Part shown: positions 50,321-63,395 of the stretch, in pieces
Layout: the number at the start of each line of letters is the position of its first letter
Numbering within the stretch: the stretch's first letter is position 1
Assembly: GCF_030684315.1 (NCBI RefSeq)
Contig: NC_081354.1
Span: 168,954,745-169,018,744 of the forward strand
Direction: 5' to 3'
Length of the DNA: 64,000 nt
Origin: Stegostoma tigrinum
Taxonomy: Eukaryota
The notes under the pieces: generated by a model
Databases searched by the model: none
Seen by the model: only the letters and a program-made list of their open reading frames with translations
What the model was told of the DNA's origin: nothing
Translations under genes and position numbers: made by a program

Positions 50321-53300
50321 CCCGTCATTCTCACACCCATGAGATGAGATGAATTTAGCTACAGCCAAACTGTCCTGAGGCCAGGAGTCTGATCAATATT
50401 GCAACGCTAGCCCTCCTGCACGTTTCAAAAGTCATGTTTTGTTTTAAGGGACATTACAGAGTATGACAGGGATAAATAGATTGTGGACACTCCCTTCATA
50501 GACGGTTCATTCTCACCACAGATCACTGATAAACCCATATCCTGTTGTCCATTGCACATTAGTGTTAATCGTGAAACGAATGCCAAATGGGATTCCCAGG
50601 CCAGTGTAAAAATCCTGCTCAGTATTTCCATGATTTTATGTTCTTAAATCACAAATTTAATTTAGTTTAAACGCCAAATTTCGCCAAAATTCTGGCGGAA
50701 GTTACATTTGAACTGGTGTGGAGGCCGTTGAGTGTCCTGAGTTGACGCTTTGATGGAACATTTTCTTACAAAAACATGCATTTGGGTCTCAGGAAACTTC
50801 AAAAGAAAAATGGCGAAAAGAAGACCCAGAATTGTAGATTCTGTACTTCTGGTGAAAAGGATTAAACATCTTTCAAACGATTTGAATGAATCATATAAAC
50901 GTAACAGGGATTTCAGCAAATTCCTCAACTCGCACTAGTCTGAGGGCACGGAGATTGTAAACTCAAAAGTGAAGGCGATCCTCGTGAGACAAACGAAACG
51001 AAAATAATATTCTAGGCAGAGACAGTGCGTGCAATGACCAACCCGATAGTGCATTCTGGATAGGAATTATATATTCATTCGAGTATTGAGTCAAATTGAA
51101 TTCTGCTGAAGATAACCTCGCTTTTGTTCAGCTGAACGGATTGCATTCCCAACTCATGAGTCCGTGCATTCGGCTGTGTTAGTTGTTGTTTTTGTGTGGT
51201 AGGTCTGATCTGCTATGTTCAAACAAAGCCAGGAGAGCGAACAACCCAATTCTCCAGAAAACAATGTGCGTTCATCTAGAAGGAATCGCACAGGAATTGT
51301 TACGTCGCTGGCTCGGCCAACAATGATTGCCCTTGAGGATCCTTGCCCATTGAATCATGGATACTTGGGCTGGATGAATATTTCGGGCGTCACTTTTGGG
51401 TGGACAAGTTGCAAAATGCTCGCTGAGCAAAGCGGTGGACTCTGGTGGTAAGTGAGATTGCCCGCTGCCTGTGGAAGCAATGTAACTGATATCTTTAACT
51501 GTCTCTTCCCATCCTCCTGAAACCTTGATTTAAATCAAAGAACATTCCAGGGTATCTGAAGAATTTGACTTTCTACAATGCATTTGGTTAATCGCTAATT
51601 TTGGTACTGTGTTTACTAACATTTAGTAGATGAATCATTAAGTTCCATATGACACCCTCGTTGTGTGTATCAGATAAAATATCTTCGTAACTATTTCATT
51701 TGAGAATGTTTCCCACATGGACATCGCAACAAAAAAACCCTATCAACCCACGTGTTGGCTAAGATATGCTCATTTTGTACCTGGAACAATAAGAAACATC
51801 GCATTAAACTACTACATTTCTCATAAATTCGTAAATTCACTTACGGCCTCGCGGAAACCAAAGATTGTACTGTTCTATGATTTTCCAAATATGTACAATC
51901 ATAGAGTCACACGGCATGGAAACGGACCCCCTCGGTCCAATGATTCCACGCTGACCATGTTCCTAAACCAAACCAGTCCCTCTCATACATTGCGGTCTCT
52001 CTTTCTGATCTTCATAAACTGACTGCAATTACTATTAAGGATGTTGCGCCGATGTTTGTTACACCATTCTGCCAGTCTGTATTCATTCATTAAACTTTAA
52101 TTGCTCTGCAAATATACCACTGGCCACTATACTTGCTCCTGGAATTAATTGGCGAACTAATTCAAGTGAAACATTGTCTCCCCGCCTCGAGAGAGGGTCT
52201 TTTTGTTCTCACACAATTACCCAGAATGACCTTTAGTAGGTGATGTACACTGAACCGAAACACACAGAGAAAGTTCAGTTGCCATTATTCTGCACCTTAC
52301 GAATATTTTATTGTAATGTAAAATAAATACATTCAACTTCAATTACTATAAAGATTTCCTTCATTCTTTCTATTCTACCGCACTGTGTTCGGGCCTAATA
52401 TACAACCAGATGGCCATACATAGCGTCAGCTCGGAAGCAGAAGTGGAAGCAGATTGAAATCCCAGGTGTAAATCTGGAATGCAAGAACTTTCAAAAATTG
52501 ATTAGAGGATACTGTTGGCAGGTAAAGGGTCAACAGACAAGCGGCTGGTAAGATTAGGTGAATATTGAGGTTCTGGCCCAGAATAAAAAATAATCATATC
52601 TTAGATACAAACAACTGGGATCAAATTAATCCCTTGAAGACTATAAAGAGTATAGGGACATTCTTAAGAATGAAATCAGGAAAGCAAAGAGGGCATATGA
52701 GATAGCCTTGGCAGATGAGATTAAGGACAACCCAAAGAGATTCTGCAAGTATATTAAAAGCAAAAGAGCAATGAGAGATAGAGAGTAAGGCCCTGTAAAG
52801 ATCAACGAGGTCTACTTTGTGTTGAACTTTAAGAGTTGGGAGAGATATTAAAGTAATATTTGCGTCATTTTTACTGTGAAAAAAGAAAAGGAGGGTAGAG
52901 AACTTAGGGACTTAAATATTGATGCTTTGAAAACAGTTCGCATTACAATAGATGAAGTGTTTAAGGTCTCAGAAGACACTAAGGTGGATAAATCTCTGGG
53001 GCCTGATCAGGTGTATCCCAGGGCATTGTGGGAATTTAGAGAGGAAATTTCAGGGCCTCTAGCAGAGATATTTGTATCATCTGTAACCACAGGTGAGGTG
53101 CTAGAGCACTGGAGGGTGTTTAATATTGTTCCTTCATTTAAGAAAGACTGTAAAGAGAAGCCTGGAACTATAGATCTGTGGGTCTGACATCGGTGATATG
53201 TAAGTTGTTGGAGGTGATTCTGAAAGATAGGATTTACCTACATTTTGAGAGGCAAGGAATGATTAGGGATAGTCAACATTGTTTTGTGTGAAGGAAATCA

Positions 53301-53487
53301 TGTCTCAGAAATTTGATTGAGGAGGGCAAAGCAGTAGACATTGTTTACTTGGACTTTGCTAAAGCCTTTGATAAGGTTCCACATGGTAGATTAATTGGCA
53401 GAGTTAGATCACATGGGATTCAGGGTGAGTTTGCCAATTGGATTCAAAATTGGTTTTATGGTAAGAGACAAAGGGCCATGGTGAAAG

Positions 53488-54507
53488 AGATAATGGGAAC
53501 TGCAGATGCTGGAGATTCCAAGATAATAAAATGTGAGGCTGGATGAACACAGCAGGCCAAGCAGCATCTCAGGAGCACAAAAGCTGACGTTTCGGGCCTA
53601 GACCCTTCATCAGAGAGGGGGATGGGGGGAGGGAACTGGAATAAATAGGGAGAGAGGGGGAGGCGGACCGAAGATGGAGAGTAAAGAAGATAGGTGGAGA
53701 GAGTGTAGGTGGGGAGGTAGGGAGGGGATAGGTCAGTCCAGGGAAGACGGACAGGTCAAGGAGGTGGGATGAGGTTAGTAGGTAGCGGGGGGTGCGGCTT
53801 GGGGTGGGAGGAAGGGATGGGTGAGAGGAAGAACCTGTTAGGGAGGCAGAGACAGGTTGGACTGGTTTTGGGATGCAGTGGGTGGGGGGGAAGAGCTGGG
53901 CTGGTTGTGTGGTGCAGTGGGGGGAGGGGATGAACTGGGCTGGTTGAGGGATGCAGTAGGGGAAGGGGAGATTTTGAAACTGGTGAAGTCCACATTGATA
54001 CCATATGGCTGCAGGGTTCCCAGGCGGAATATGAGTTGCTGTTCCTGCAACCTTCGGGTGGCATCATTGTGGCAGTGCAGGAGGCCCATGATGGACATGT
54101 CATCAAGAGAATGGGAGGGGGAGTGGAAATGGTCTTCCCCCCCACCCACTGCATCCCAAAACCAGTCCAACCTGTCTCTGCCTCCCTAACCGGTTCTTCC
54201 TCTCACCCATCCCTTCCTCCCACCCCAAACCGCACCCCCCGCTACCTACTAACCTCATCCCACCTCCTTGACCTGTCCGTCTTCCCTGGACTGACCTATC
54301 CCCTCCCTACCTCCCCACCTACACTCTCTCCACCTATCTTCTTTACTCTCCATCTTCGGTCCGCCTCCCCCTCTCTCCCTATTTATTCCAGTTCCCTCCC
54401 CCCATCCCCCTCTCTGATGAAGGGTCTAGGCCCGAAACGTCAGCTTTTGTGCTCCTGAGATGCTGCTTGGCCTGCTGTGTTCATCCAGCCTCACATTTTA
54501 TTATATT
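53488..54507. mobile_element. Penelope-like element hairpin insertion in a CR1
   Basis: Near-perfect inverted arms (~53523-53885 vs ~54140-54504) around a GIY-YIG C-terminal fragment. 13-bp TSD GCCATGGTGAAAG (53475-53487 and 54508-54520). Confidence 0.92.
54414..54441 (+). ncRNA. Minimal type-I hammerhead ribozyme motif (PLE family 1)
   Basis: CTGATGA-A-GGGTCTAGGCCC-GAAA-CGTC. Identical minus-strand copies at 53586-53613 and 14970-14997. Stem I is weak and activity is untested. Confidence 0.6.
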
Positions 54508-56529
54508 GCCATGGTGAAAGGTTGTTTTTCAGACTGGAGGCCCTTGACTAACAGTGTTCCACATAGATTGGTACTGGGTCCACTTTTTTGTCATTTATAT
54601 AAATGATTTGGATGGGAATATAGTAGGAATGGCTAGTAAGTTTATGGAAGACACCGAAATTGGTGGTATAGTGGGCAGTGAAGAAAGTTATCTAAGATTA
54701 AAAAGAGATCATGATCAATTGGGCCAGTGGGCTGAGGAGTAGCAGATGGAGTTTAATTTGGATAAATGAAAGGTATTACATTTTGGTAAAATAAACAAGG
54801 GCAGGGCTTATACAATTAATGGTAGGACCCTGGATGGTGTTATAGAAAAGAGAGACTTAGGGATTCAGGAACATAATTCTTTGTGTCACTGGTAGACAGG
54901 GTGGTTAATAAGGCTCAGAAGTAGTAGGAACTGCAGATTCTGGAGAATCTGAGCTAACAAGGTGTAGAGCTGGATGAAGACAGCAGGCCAAGCAGCATCA
55001 GAGGAGCAGGAAGGCTGATGTTTTGGGCTTAGACCCTTCTTCAGAAATGGGGGAGGGGAAGGGGATTCTGAAATAAGTAGAGAGAGGGGGGGAGGCAGAT
55101 AGAAGATGGATGTTTTATCTGCCTCCACCTCTCTTCCTATTTATTTCAGAACACAGACAGTATTTAGTGTGTGGAATGAATTTCCAGAGGAAGTGATAGA
55201 TACAGGTGCAGTTACAATGATTGAAAGACAATTGGATAGTGACCTGTTAAGGAAAGGTTTAGGGGGATATGGGACAAACACAAGCACATGGGACTAGTTT
55301 AGTTTTGGAACATGGTCACGCGAACTAGTTGGACTGAAGGGTCTGTTTCCATGTTGTATGACACTTCGACAAAGCCAGTCTCAGTAATGGTCCTTTAGTG
55401 AATGAAGTCTGCCATTGTTACCTCATGTAGCCTCCAAGTGATTCTAATGCAACTGACTTCCAGCTTGAAGTGACACTGCAAGCCAATCGATGGCAATTAG
55501 GAATGGGCAACAGCTGCTGGGCTTGCCAGCAGACTAAATTTTGAACCTATCAAATGTTTTGTTATAAGACCGGATTTAAGATCTTCTTGCAGAGATGTTA
55601 GAGGAAACAAAATGCAACCACATAAAGCATCCAAAAAGACTACAATTCATCAAGTGTCTGATCAGCTTTCATGTGTATCGGTTCCAATTAAATTCAGATA
55701 AAGACCTAAATGTGCGCTATTTATTGCCGAGTTGGGTGCATAATCACTCAGTTGAGCTTTTAATTTTATATGGAATTTACACACAACTGGCCATTAGAGC
55801 CAATAGGCTCATACTGATGTTAATACATCACAAGAGCCAAATTCTTCTAAAGAATTGTGGATGCTGTAAATCGTATTTCTCTACTTTCCCCTTGAAAGCA
55901 TCAATGCCATTAGCCTCAGCTAAGGCACATGGCAGTGAGTCCATGTTCTAACAATACCCTGGGTGAGGAAATTATTCCTGAAGTGCTCAGGAATCTTAAA
56001 CTTGGTATCCCTACTTTCGCCTATGTACAAATGGAGATATGATCTCTAAGTCTGTCCAATCAAATTGTCTCATAATTTTAAAGATTTCAGTTGGATTACA
56101 CCTTAGCCTTCTCCTCTTCAGAGAAAAGAACTCCAGCATTTCCTTATAGTTACAATCTCATGGTTCTGTTTGCATGCACTTTTCTTAGCTAATAGAAATT
56201 CAAATTCATTAAAAAGGGAACCTGCCTCAATTATGCTGGAGATAACACAGTGTGGAGCTGAAGGAACATGGCAGGCCAGGCAGCATCAGAAGAGCAGGGA
56301 AAGTTGACATTGAAGGTCAGAATATTTTCTGAAGAAGAGTCCTGACGCAAATCTCAGCTTTCCTGTTCCTCTGATGCTGCATGGCCTGCTGTGTTCCTCC
56401 AGCTCCATACTTTGTTGTCTCTGACTCAGCATCGGCAGTTCTTGCTATCTCAGTTATGATAGATTTTATCACAAACTGCTTGCAACTTTATTGTCTCATC
56501 AGAACCTGTGATGAGCTTCTGATTATATA

Positions 56530-57110
56530 TCTGCACCATCACAGAGATGGCTTACTTCCACCCAAGTGATTTCACCCACCTCTGCCCTTTCCTCAGCTCA
56601 TCAGCTGCTGAAACCATCATCCATGCCACAGTCCCCTCTAGACTTGACTTTTCTAACATAGTCTTGGATCACCTGTCACATTTTACCCTCTATAAAACTG
56701 ATTTTTCCAAAACTTTGCAGCATCATGATAAATATCATTTCTGCAATCACCTCAGTGTTGGCTGATCGACATTGCCCTCATGAAAGCAGTGATTTGCTTT
56801 TAAAAATTCTCACCCTTGCTTTCAAAACACTCCATGGCCCAGCTCTTACCCACCTCTGCAACCTCTCCAACACTACAATCTTCAAGATACCTCAGGTCTT
56901 TTAATTCTGGACTTTTACAAATTCCCAGTTTGAATGATTCCAGCATTGATGGCTCTGCCCTCAATGGTCTAAGTCTTAAGATCTTGAAATCTGTCCCTAA
57001 ATTCTGCCTGGGTCTCTATGTGGTTGAGTGATTTATAATGTGTTTCATAATGCTGCCGTGAAGAATCTTGCCACGTTCCACAACCTTAAAGGTATTTTGT
57101 AAATGCATTA
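56530..57110 (+). mobile_element. Old L2-like LINE 3' fragment
   Basis: AAETIIHA.V.SRLDFSN motif (ORF 56547-56765), typical of the L2 ORF2 end. Confidence 0.65.
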
Positions 57111-59595
57111 TTGTTATTGAAAAGAAATGTTAATTTAGAAAGAACTCTGGCTCAGGACTGAAAACTTTATTTCATGTTACATACAGTAACTCTGAGGGAA
57201 GTTTAGAAATTGAGGTGATCTTAAGAACCACATTTGTCCTTTAAAATGAGTACAATTAAACAAGCTCATCACCAAATAGCCATCTTAAACATACCGTGTG
57301 TGCATATTTTAGCAAAATACTGGGAGCACTGGGAATCATAAAAACAGAAATGCTGAAGAAACTCTTCAGGTCTGGCAGCATCTGTGGAGAGAGAAACAGA
57401 GTTGATAATTTTAGAAAATGTATTTATAAACATCCTTATCCACAAATATAAATCAGGACAAAAGAAAATCCTTAAATTGAGTGAAAAACATCCTTTAATC
57501 CCAGCTAAACTTCCTGCCCTCTACCACAGCTCATGTCCCATGGTTACTGCTCCATCTACTAAGGAGAAAAGTTTCTTTATATCTAGTCTAGCTGTGCCCT
57601 TCATAACATTGTACACCTCAGTCAGGTCCCCCTCAGTCTTCTCTGATTTCAGGAAATCAACCCCAGCCTATCTACTCTCCCTTCATAGCTAATATGGTCT
57701 CGCAACATCCTGGCAAATCCTCTATGCAACCTCTCTGTTGTAATCATATCCTTCAAATGGTGTGGTGACCAAAACTGTACACTGTATGAGAGCTGTGGGC
57801 TAACTAACATCTTATACAGCTTGATTATGCCACCCCTGCTCGTGTGTTCATTTTTTTTGTCCTGATTTGTGGAAATATATCCTATTGTTACGAAGGTGTG
57901 TATAGCACTCATGGATTGGGAGGCAGGCAGTTAGAATTTGGTAATTGTAAAAGGCTAGATGGGAAAACATTGTGTGATCCCTTTAAAAGAAAATGTGTTT
58001 TTTCTATGCTTAGGGACTTAAAATGGATGTTTTGTGAGCAGCAGCAGTTTGCAAGTATACAGAGAGCACCTGAACTGAACCATATGTATCAAAATGGTGT
58101 ACAATTAGCAGGCTAAGAAGCAGTTTTTAACAAAACAACAATGTTTTGAATTTAGCTAATCAATTTAAACCTGGCACTTAGATACCAAAAGCTTATTAAA
58201 TTTAAGTCTGATGGTTTTGACAACATAGGAAGAATCCAATTGTAAGAAATATTGATAGATCATCATGGGTATAGAAGAAGAGAGCAGTTGACAAAGCCCC
58301 AGAGCTAAATGCCATCCACCAGAGCTAACAGCCCTTAGCTCTCAAAAGAGAATCACTGGCTCACACAGCCTCCTCTCTTGTCTTAGAGAAAGCAAAGGTA
58401 ACAAAAGTACCCACAGCACAACAGGTTAATATTCCTGACAGAAGAACCAATGGAGCAGGCACAAAGCATTCAGTAAGACACGTATCGTGGCTGTAATTTT
58501 GAGAGACTAAATTCTATTTTTTTTATTTTTTAAGCGGGGGTTTTTATTTGTTGGATCAGCATACCATTAGTATCTTGCTTTATTCAGGAATAGTTAGTAG
58601 TTAGAAGGTGTTTATTTGGTTTGTTAATGTGTGAGAGGGATTTAGTTTATTTAACCACTGGAAGTTGATGAAAGGCAGACTACAGCACTTTTCACACACC
58701 TTTTACAGATTGTAGGGCAAGGTGCTCCTTTTTGGGTGTTTTGCTATTAGTTCTTTTAGTGGGTGGAGTGTCAACCTCCACTTTATAACAGACCGGGGTC
58801 TGGAGTCCAGGATTTGGACAGATCTGAATAGGTTTGGACGGATTTAGATGGATTTGGACAGATTTGAACAGAACTAGGATATAAAATGTCCCAGCAAGTT
58901 TAAACAGACTTGGGGACTGGTGGGTTGATCATTAAATAAAACTTAGGTGACAAGTGGAAAATCTGTTTAATTTTGGTTGCTAGTTGTTTGTGAAATCAAA
59001 AGTGGGAAAATTGCTCTTAGCATTGCTAAAGAGGCTCTAGGGGCCAAAAATGCTTCCCAAATTTGCCAAGAAAGTTGAGAAAGACAGAAAAAGGTGACAC
59101 TTTTAAAATTAGCAGACAGCCTAAAATTGGATTTAAATAGGAATAATAAGACAGCTGAAATTGTAACGGAGTTAGTCAAATATTTAGGAATATCAGATAA
59201 ACAGTCAAGTGGATTGGATCTGGAAAAAAATTGAATTGCAAATAGGACAACTGGAGTTATAGGACAAAGAAGGGGAAAGAAAGTTCCTAGCTGAAGACAA
59301 ACAAAGAGAATTGAAAAAGTTTAAATTACAGCTGAAAGCAGAGGAAAGAGAAAAGGAAAGAATTGCTCTGGCAGAGCAAAAAGAAGAGAGAAGAAAAGTA
59401 AAGGGAGAGAGAGTTTGAACTTTAGAAGTTGGCAATTAGACTAGAAAGTCAATTTAAAAGGTTGGAGATGAAGTTAGAATGTCGGCTTAGGGAGGAGGTC
59501 AGTGATGATGAGCAAACCCATTGTAGCCAAAAGCCTAGACGTTGCTGGAAAAGCTCAGCAGGTCTGGCAGCAGCTGTGAACAGATAATCAGAGCT

Positions 59596-59625
59596 AACGT
59601 TTCGGGTCTGGTGACCCTTCCTCAG
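59596..59625 (-). ncRNA. Minimal hammerhead ribozyme motif (family 2)
   Basis: CTGAGGA-A-GGGTC-ACCA-GACCC-GAAA-CGTT with a perfect 5-bp stem II. Confidence 0.55.
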
Positions 59626-59699
59626 AAGGTCTGGTAGGGATATATACAAATATGTCAAAACCTTACCAAAATGGTGTCCGCTGTGGGCGGGGTTCCATC

Positions 59700-60370
59700 G
59701 GTGTCCGCTGTGGTATATTGTATCCATTGCACCCGGTGTGGCTTCCTCTACATTGGGGAAACCAAGCGGAGGCTTGGGGACCACTTTGCAGAACACCTCC
59801 GCTCGGTTCACAACAAACAACTGCACCTCCCAGTCGCGAACCATTTCAACTCCCCCTCCCATTCCTCAGACGACATGTCCATCATGGGCCTCTTGCAGTG
59901 CCACAACGATGCCACCCGAAGGTTGCAGGAACAGCAACTGATATTCTGCTTGGGAACCCTGCAGCCCAATGGTATCAATGTGGGCTTCACAAGCTTCAAA
60001 ATCTCCCCTTCCCCCACTGCATCCCAAAACCAGCCCAACCTGTCCCTGTTTCCCTAACCTGTTCTTCCTCTCACCCATCCCTTCCTCCCACCTCAAGCCG
60101 CACCTCCATTTCCTACCTACTACCTCATCCCGCCTCCTTGACCTGTTCATCTTCACTGGACTGACCTATCCCCTCCCTACCTCCTCACCTATATTCTCCT
60201 CTCTACCTATCTTGTTTTCTCTCCATCTTTGGTCCGCCTCCCCCTCTCTCCCTATTTATTCCAGTTCTCTCTCCCCATTCGCCTCTCTGATGAAGGGTCG
60301 CGGCCCGAAACATCAGCTTTTGTGCTCCTGAGATGCTGCTTGGCCTGCTGTGTTCATCCAGCTCCACACT
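59700..60370 (+). mobile_element. Penelope-like element fragment (GIY-YIG plus 3' end) nested in Gypsy gag
   Basis: ORF 59671-60057 (VVYCIHCTRCGFLYIGETKRR) followed by the shared 3' terminal sequence. Confidence 0.88.
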
Positions 60371-62834
60371 GGTCAGATTTGTATCCAGTTTGAAAGAATT
60401 AAACAGAGCAACTTCGCTAGATGGCTGAGAGTATTAAATAATGAAAAGACATACAAGGCTCTTAGAGATATTATCCTGCTGGAGGAATTTAAAAACTCCC
60501 TTCCAGAAGTGATAAGAACTTGTGTTGACTTAAAACAGAGAGAATACCTGTCGAGATGGCAGATGAATACGCATTAGTGCATAAATCAAAATCTAGCATC
60601 CAATGGCGATTTCAGTCTGTGAGAAACAAAACTGGGAATGCAGAAGATCCTTCAAAGAAAAACAAAAGGTAGATCACACTGGGAATGGTTAACCACATGT
60701 GAAACCCAACAGGTTTCCGCTGCAACAAGGTGGGACACAGAAAGTCACAGTGCTGGTGGTTTAAGAAAGGCACTGGGGAAGTGGATGCAGTAAAAGAGGC
60801 CAAACTAATGGAATTATTTAAGGTAGTGAAGGAAATCCCAAGAGAAGTCAAGGAACTGCAGGAAAGTGCATGGCCTGGCCTTGGGCCAGATAGTCAGATA
60901 GCATCCAATCTTTTCAAAAACTTCACCTGTATGCTTAATATTTACTCAGGTAGAGCGGGGGAGTAGGTGAAGAAGTTAAAATATTGAGAAATATGGAAGT
61001 TAATATAGTGGAAACAATATAGCTGGATCAAAGGTGGGAGTGACACTCATTGTAGTGGAAAAGACAAAGGAAAACAAGGGAACTGGGGAGTTAAAAGAGA
61101 AATACGCTAGAACTTCCCCATAGCCATAAGTTAAAACAAAGAAAGAAAATAAAAGAGGAAGGTGGAGTTGAAGTCCAATTGGCTGACACTCTGATGAGAT
61201 GGTAAAAAAGAAACCTAAGAGGTTAGATGACCAGGCAGAGGTGTTTAGTTCTGAAAGATTGATAAAGAATTTATCTCATCAAGCTGACTTGGAAAAGGAA
61301 TCAGAGTGCATTCCAGAATGCTATTATCTTAAGGGTAAAACCTTCAGGCGGAAGTGGAGACCTTAGCAGGTTAGTGCAGATGAGAAATGGTCAGAAGTCC
61401 ACCAGAGTGTGTTGCTGGCAGGGTACAGACAGGAGGAGATATTGTGGGTAGCACACAAATTACCTGTAGGAGGTCATCCAGAAGTGAGGAAGACTCAGGC
61501 GAAGATATAGAAGCAACGTCTATTGGCCTGGATAACAAAGATGTGGTTGAATTTTGCTGTACCTGTCAAACATGTTAGATGGTGGGAAAGCCACAGGCTG
61601 TAATAAAACCAGCACCTTTGGTGCCAATTCCCGCATTTGAAGAATCTTTTACTTGGGTTATAATTGATTATATGGGATGCTTCCTAAAAGTAAAAGTGGG
61701 AAGTAATCATAATGGATATGCCTATCAGATTTCCAGAGGCAATTCCATGATGGAATGATAAAGCAAAAAGGTGGAGGAATTTGCTGATGCTGCCTAGCCT
61801 GCTGTGTTCTTCCACCTCCATACGGTGTTATCTCTGCAGTTTTTGCTTTCTCTGTGGAGGAGCTGCTTGCTTTCTTTACCTGTTATTGACTACCCCAGGA
61901 GATTCAATCAGCCCAAGGATCCAATTTTACTGCCAAATTATTTAAGGAGGACATGGATATTTTAGGCATCAAACACTTTAAATCAACTGTGTACCATCCT
62001 GAATCCCAGGAATTGTTACAAAGTTGGTATCTGACCCTAAGGGCCATGCTGAGGCTTTATTGCCAGGATTACCCAAATGATTGGGATAAAACTATCCCAT
62101 TTATATTGCTTGCTATTAGAGATGCTGTAAATGAATTGACTCAGCTTACCCCATTTGAGTTGATATTTGGACATGAAATGAAAGTCTTTAAAATTAATTA
62201 AGGAAAAGTTGATAGGTCCAAAGTCAGGGATCTCACAGTTCGATTATGTAACTGAGGTGAGAGAAAGATTAAACAGAGTAGTAAATTAGCTAGACAACAT
62301 TTGAAGGTGGCACAATATGTAATGAATCAAGAAGCAGACAAGAAATCAATTTGCACGTTTTCCCTTGGGGATAAAGTATTGATGCTGTTACCAGTCGTAG
62401 GAGACTCCTTAAAAGCAAGGTTTAGTGTTTCCTATCAGATTGAGAAGAAGTTAAGGCAGATGAATTATCTGATAAAGCGTTCTGAGGAAAGATCATGAAA
62501 CCCGCAATGTTAACTCTGATTTTTTTTCTTCACAGATGCGGCCAGACCTGCTGAGCTTATCCAGCAACTTCTGTTTTTGCATCTGGTAAAGATGCCAGAT
62601 TGGGGAAAAAAAATTGGGTATGTCATGTGAACATCTGAAACATTACTATGACAGTTAAAAGGAATTGGAGAAACAGATATTAGTTACTGCTACTCAGTCT
62701 GAGGAATCAAATCCAGATGATTTGGATGTTGAAGTGCCTCAGAATAAATTGAATAATGAGAAGTCCTTAAGGAATGGGATAGGGTAGTGAGCCATCTGAA
62801 CCTGGAACAGAGAACTGAATTGAACATTGTGTGA

Positions 62835-63395
62835 AAAAGTCACAGAGTCCTACAGCACAGAGGCAGGTCCTTTGGTCCTCCAAGCCTGTTTCGATCATCA
62901 TGCCCTTAATTAAACTAAAAAACAAGCCTTCTGTTCTTGTATGGTCTGTATCCCTCTATTCATGTAACTATCATGATGCCAGTGAAATGTCACCAATGTG
63001 CCTGCTTCCGCCACCTCTTCTGGTAATTCATTCCAGGCTCCTACCACTCTCTGCGTGAAAAACATCCCTTGCCCATCTCCCTTAAACTTTCCCCCTCTCA
63101 CCTTGAACCTGTGCCCCCTTGTAATTGAAACTTCAACCCTGGGAAAAAGCCTTTGACTATCCACTGTATCCTAGCATCTCATAATTTTGTAGACCTCTAT
63201 CATGCCGCCCCCTCAGCTACCATCCTTCCAGTGAAAACAATCCTAGTCTTTTTAATCTTTCCTCACTGCCATGTTTTCGAAAGCAGGCAACATCCTGGTG
63301 AACCTTCTCTGCACTCTCTCCAAGGCTTCCATGTTCTTCTGGTAGTGTGGTGGCACAGTACTCCAAATGCGGCCTAACTAGGGTTTTATATGGCT
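62835..63395 (-). mobile_element. CR1 3' fragment at the deletion point of the Gypsy element
   Basis: YKTLVRPHLEYC..FFTQRVVGAWN motifs. Confidence 0.85.

Larger units (their letters stand above)
52470..55365 (+). mobile_element. Degenerate CR1 ORF2 interrupted by PLE insertions
   Basis: DKS.GPD..YPR, YLDFAKAFDKVPH and F.EDT.IGG motifs, then the 3' UTR. Confidence 0.88.

Noticed and set aside
58810-58870. CRISPR-like or functional repeat array
   Set aside because: Simple degenerate 10-bp tandem repeat without spacers in eukaryotic retroelement DNA. The short tandem duplications at 13840-13883 and 35326-35380 are likewise slippage products.
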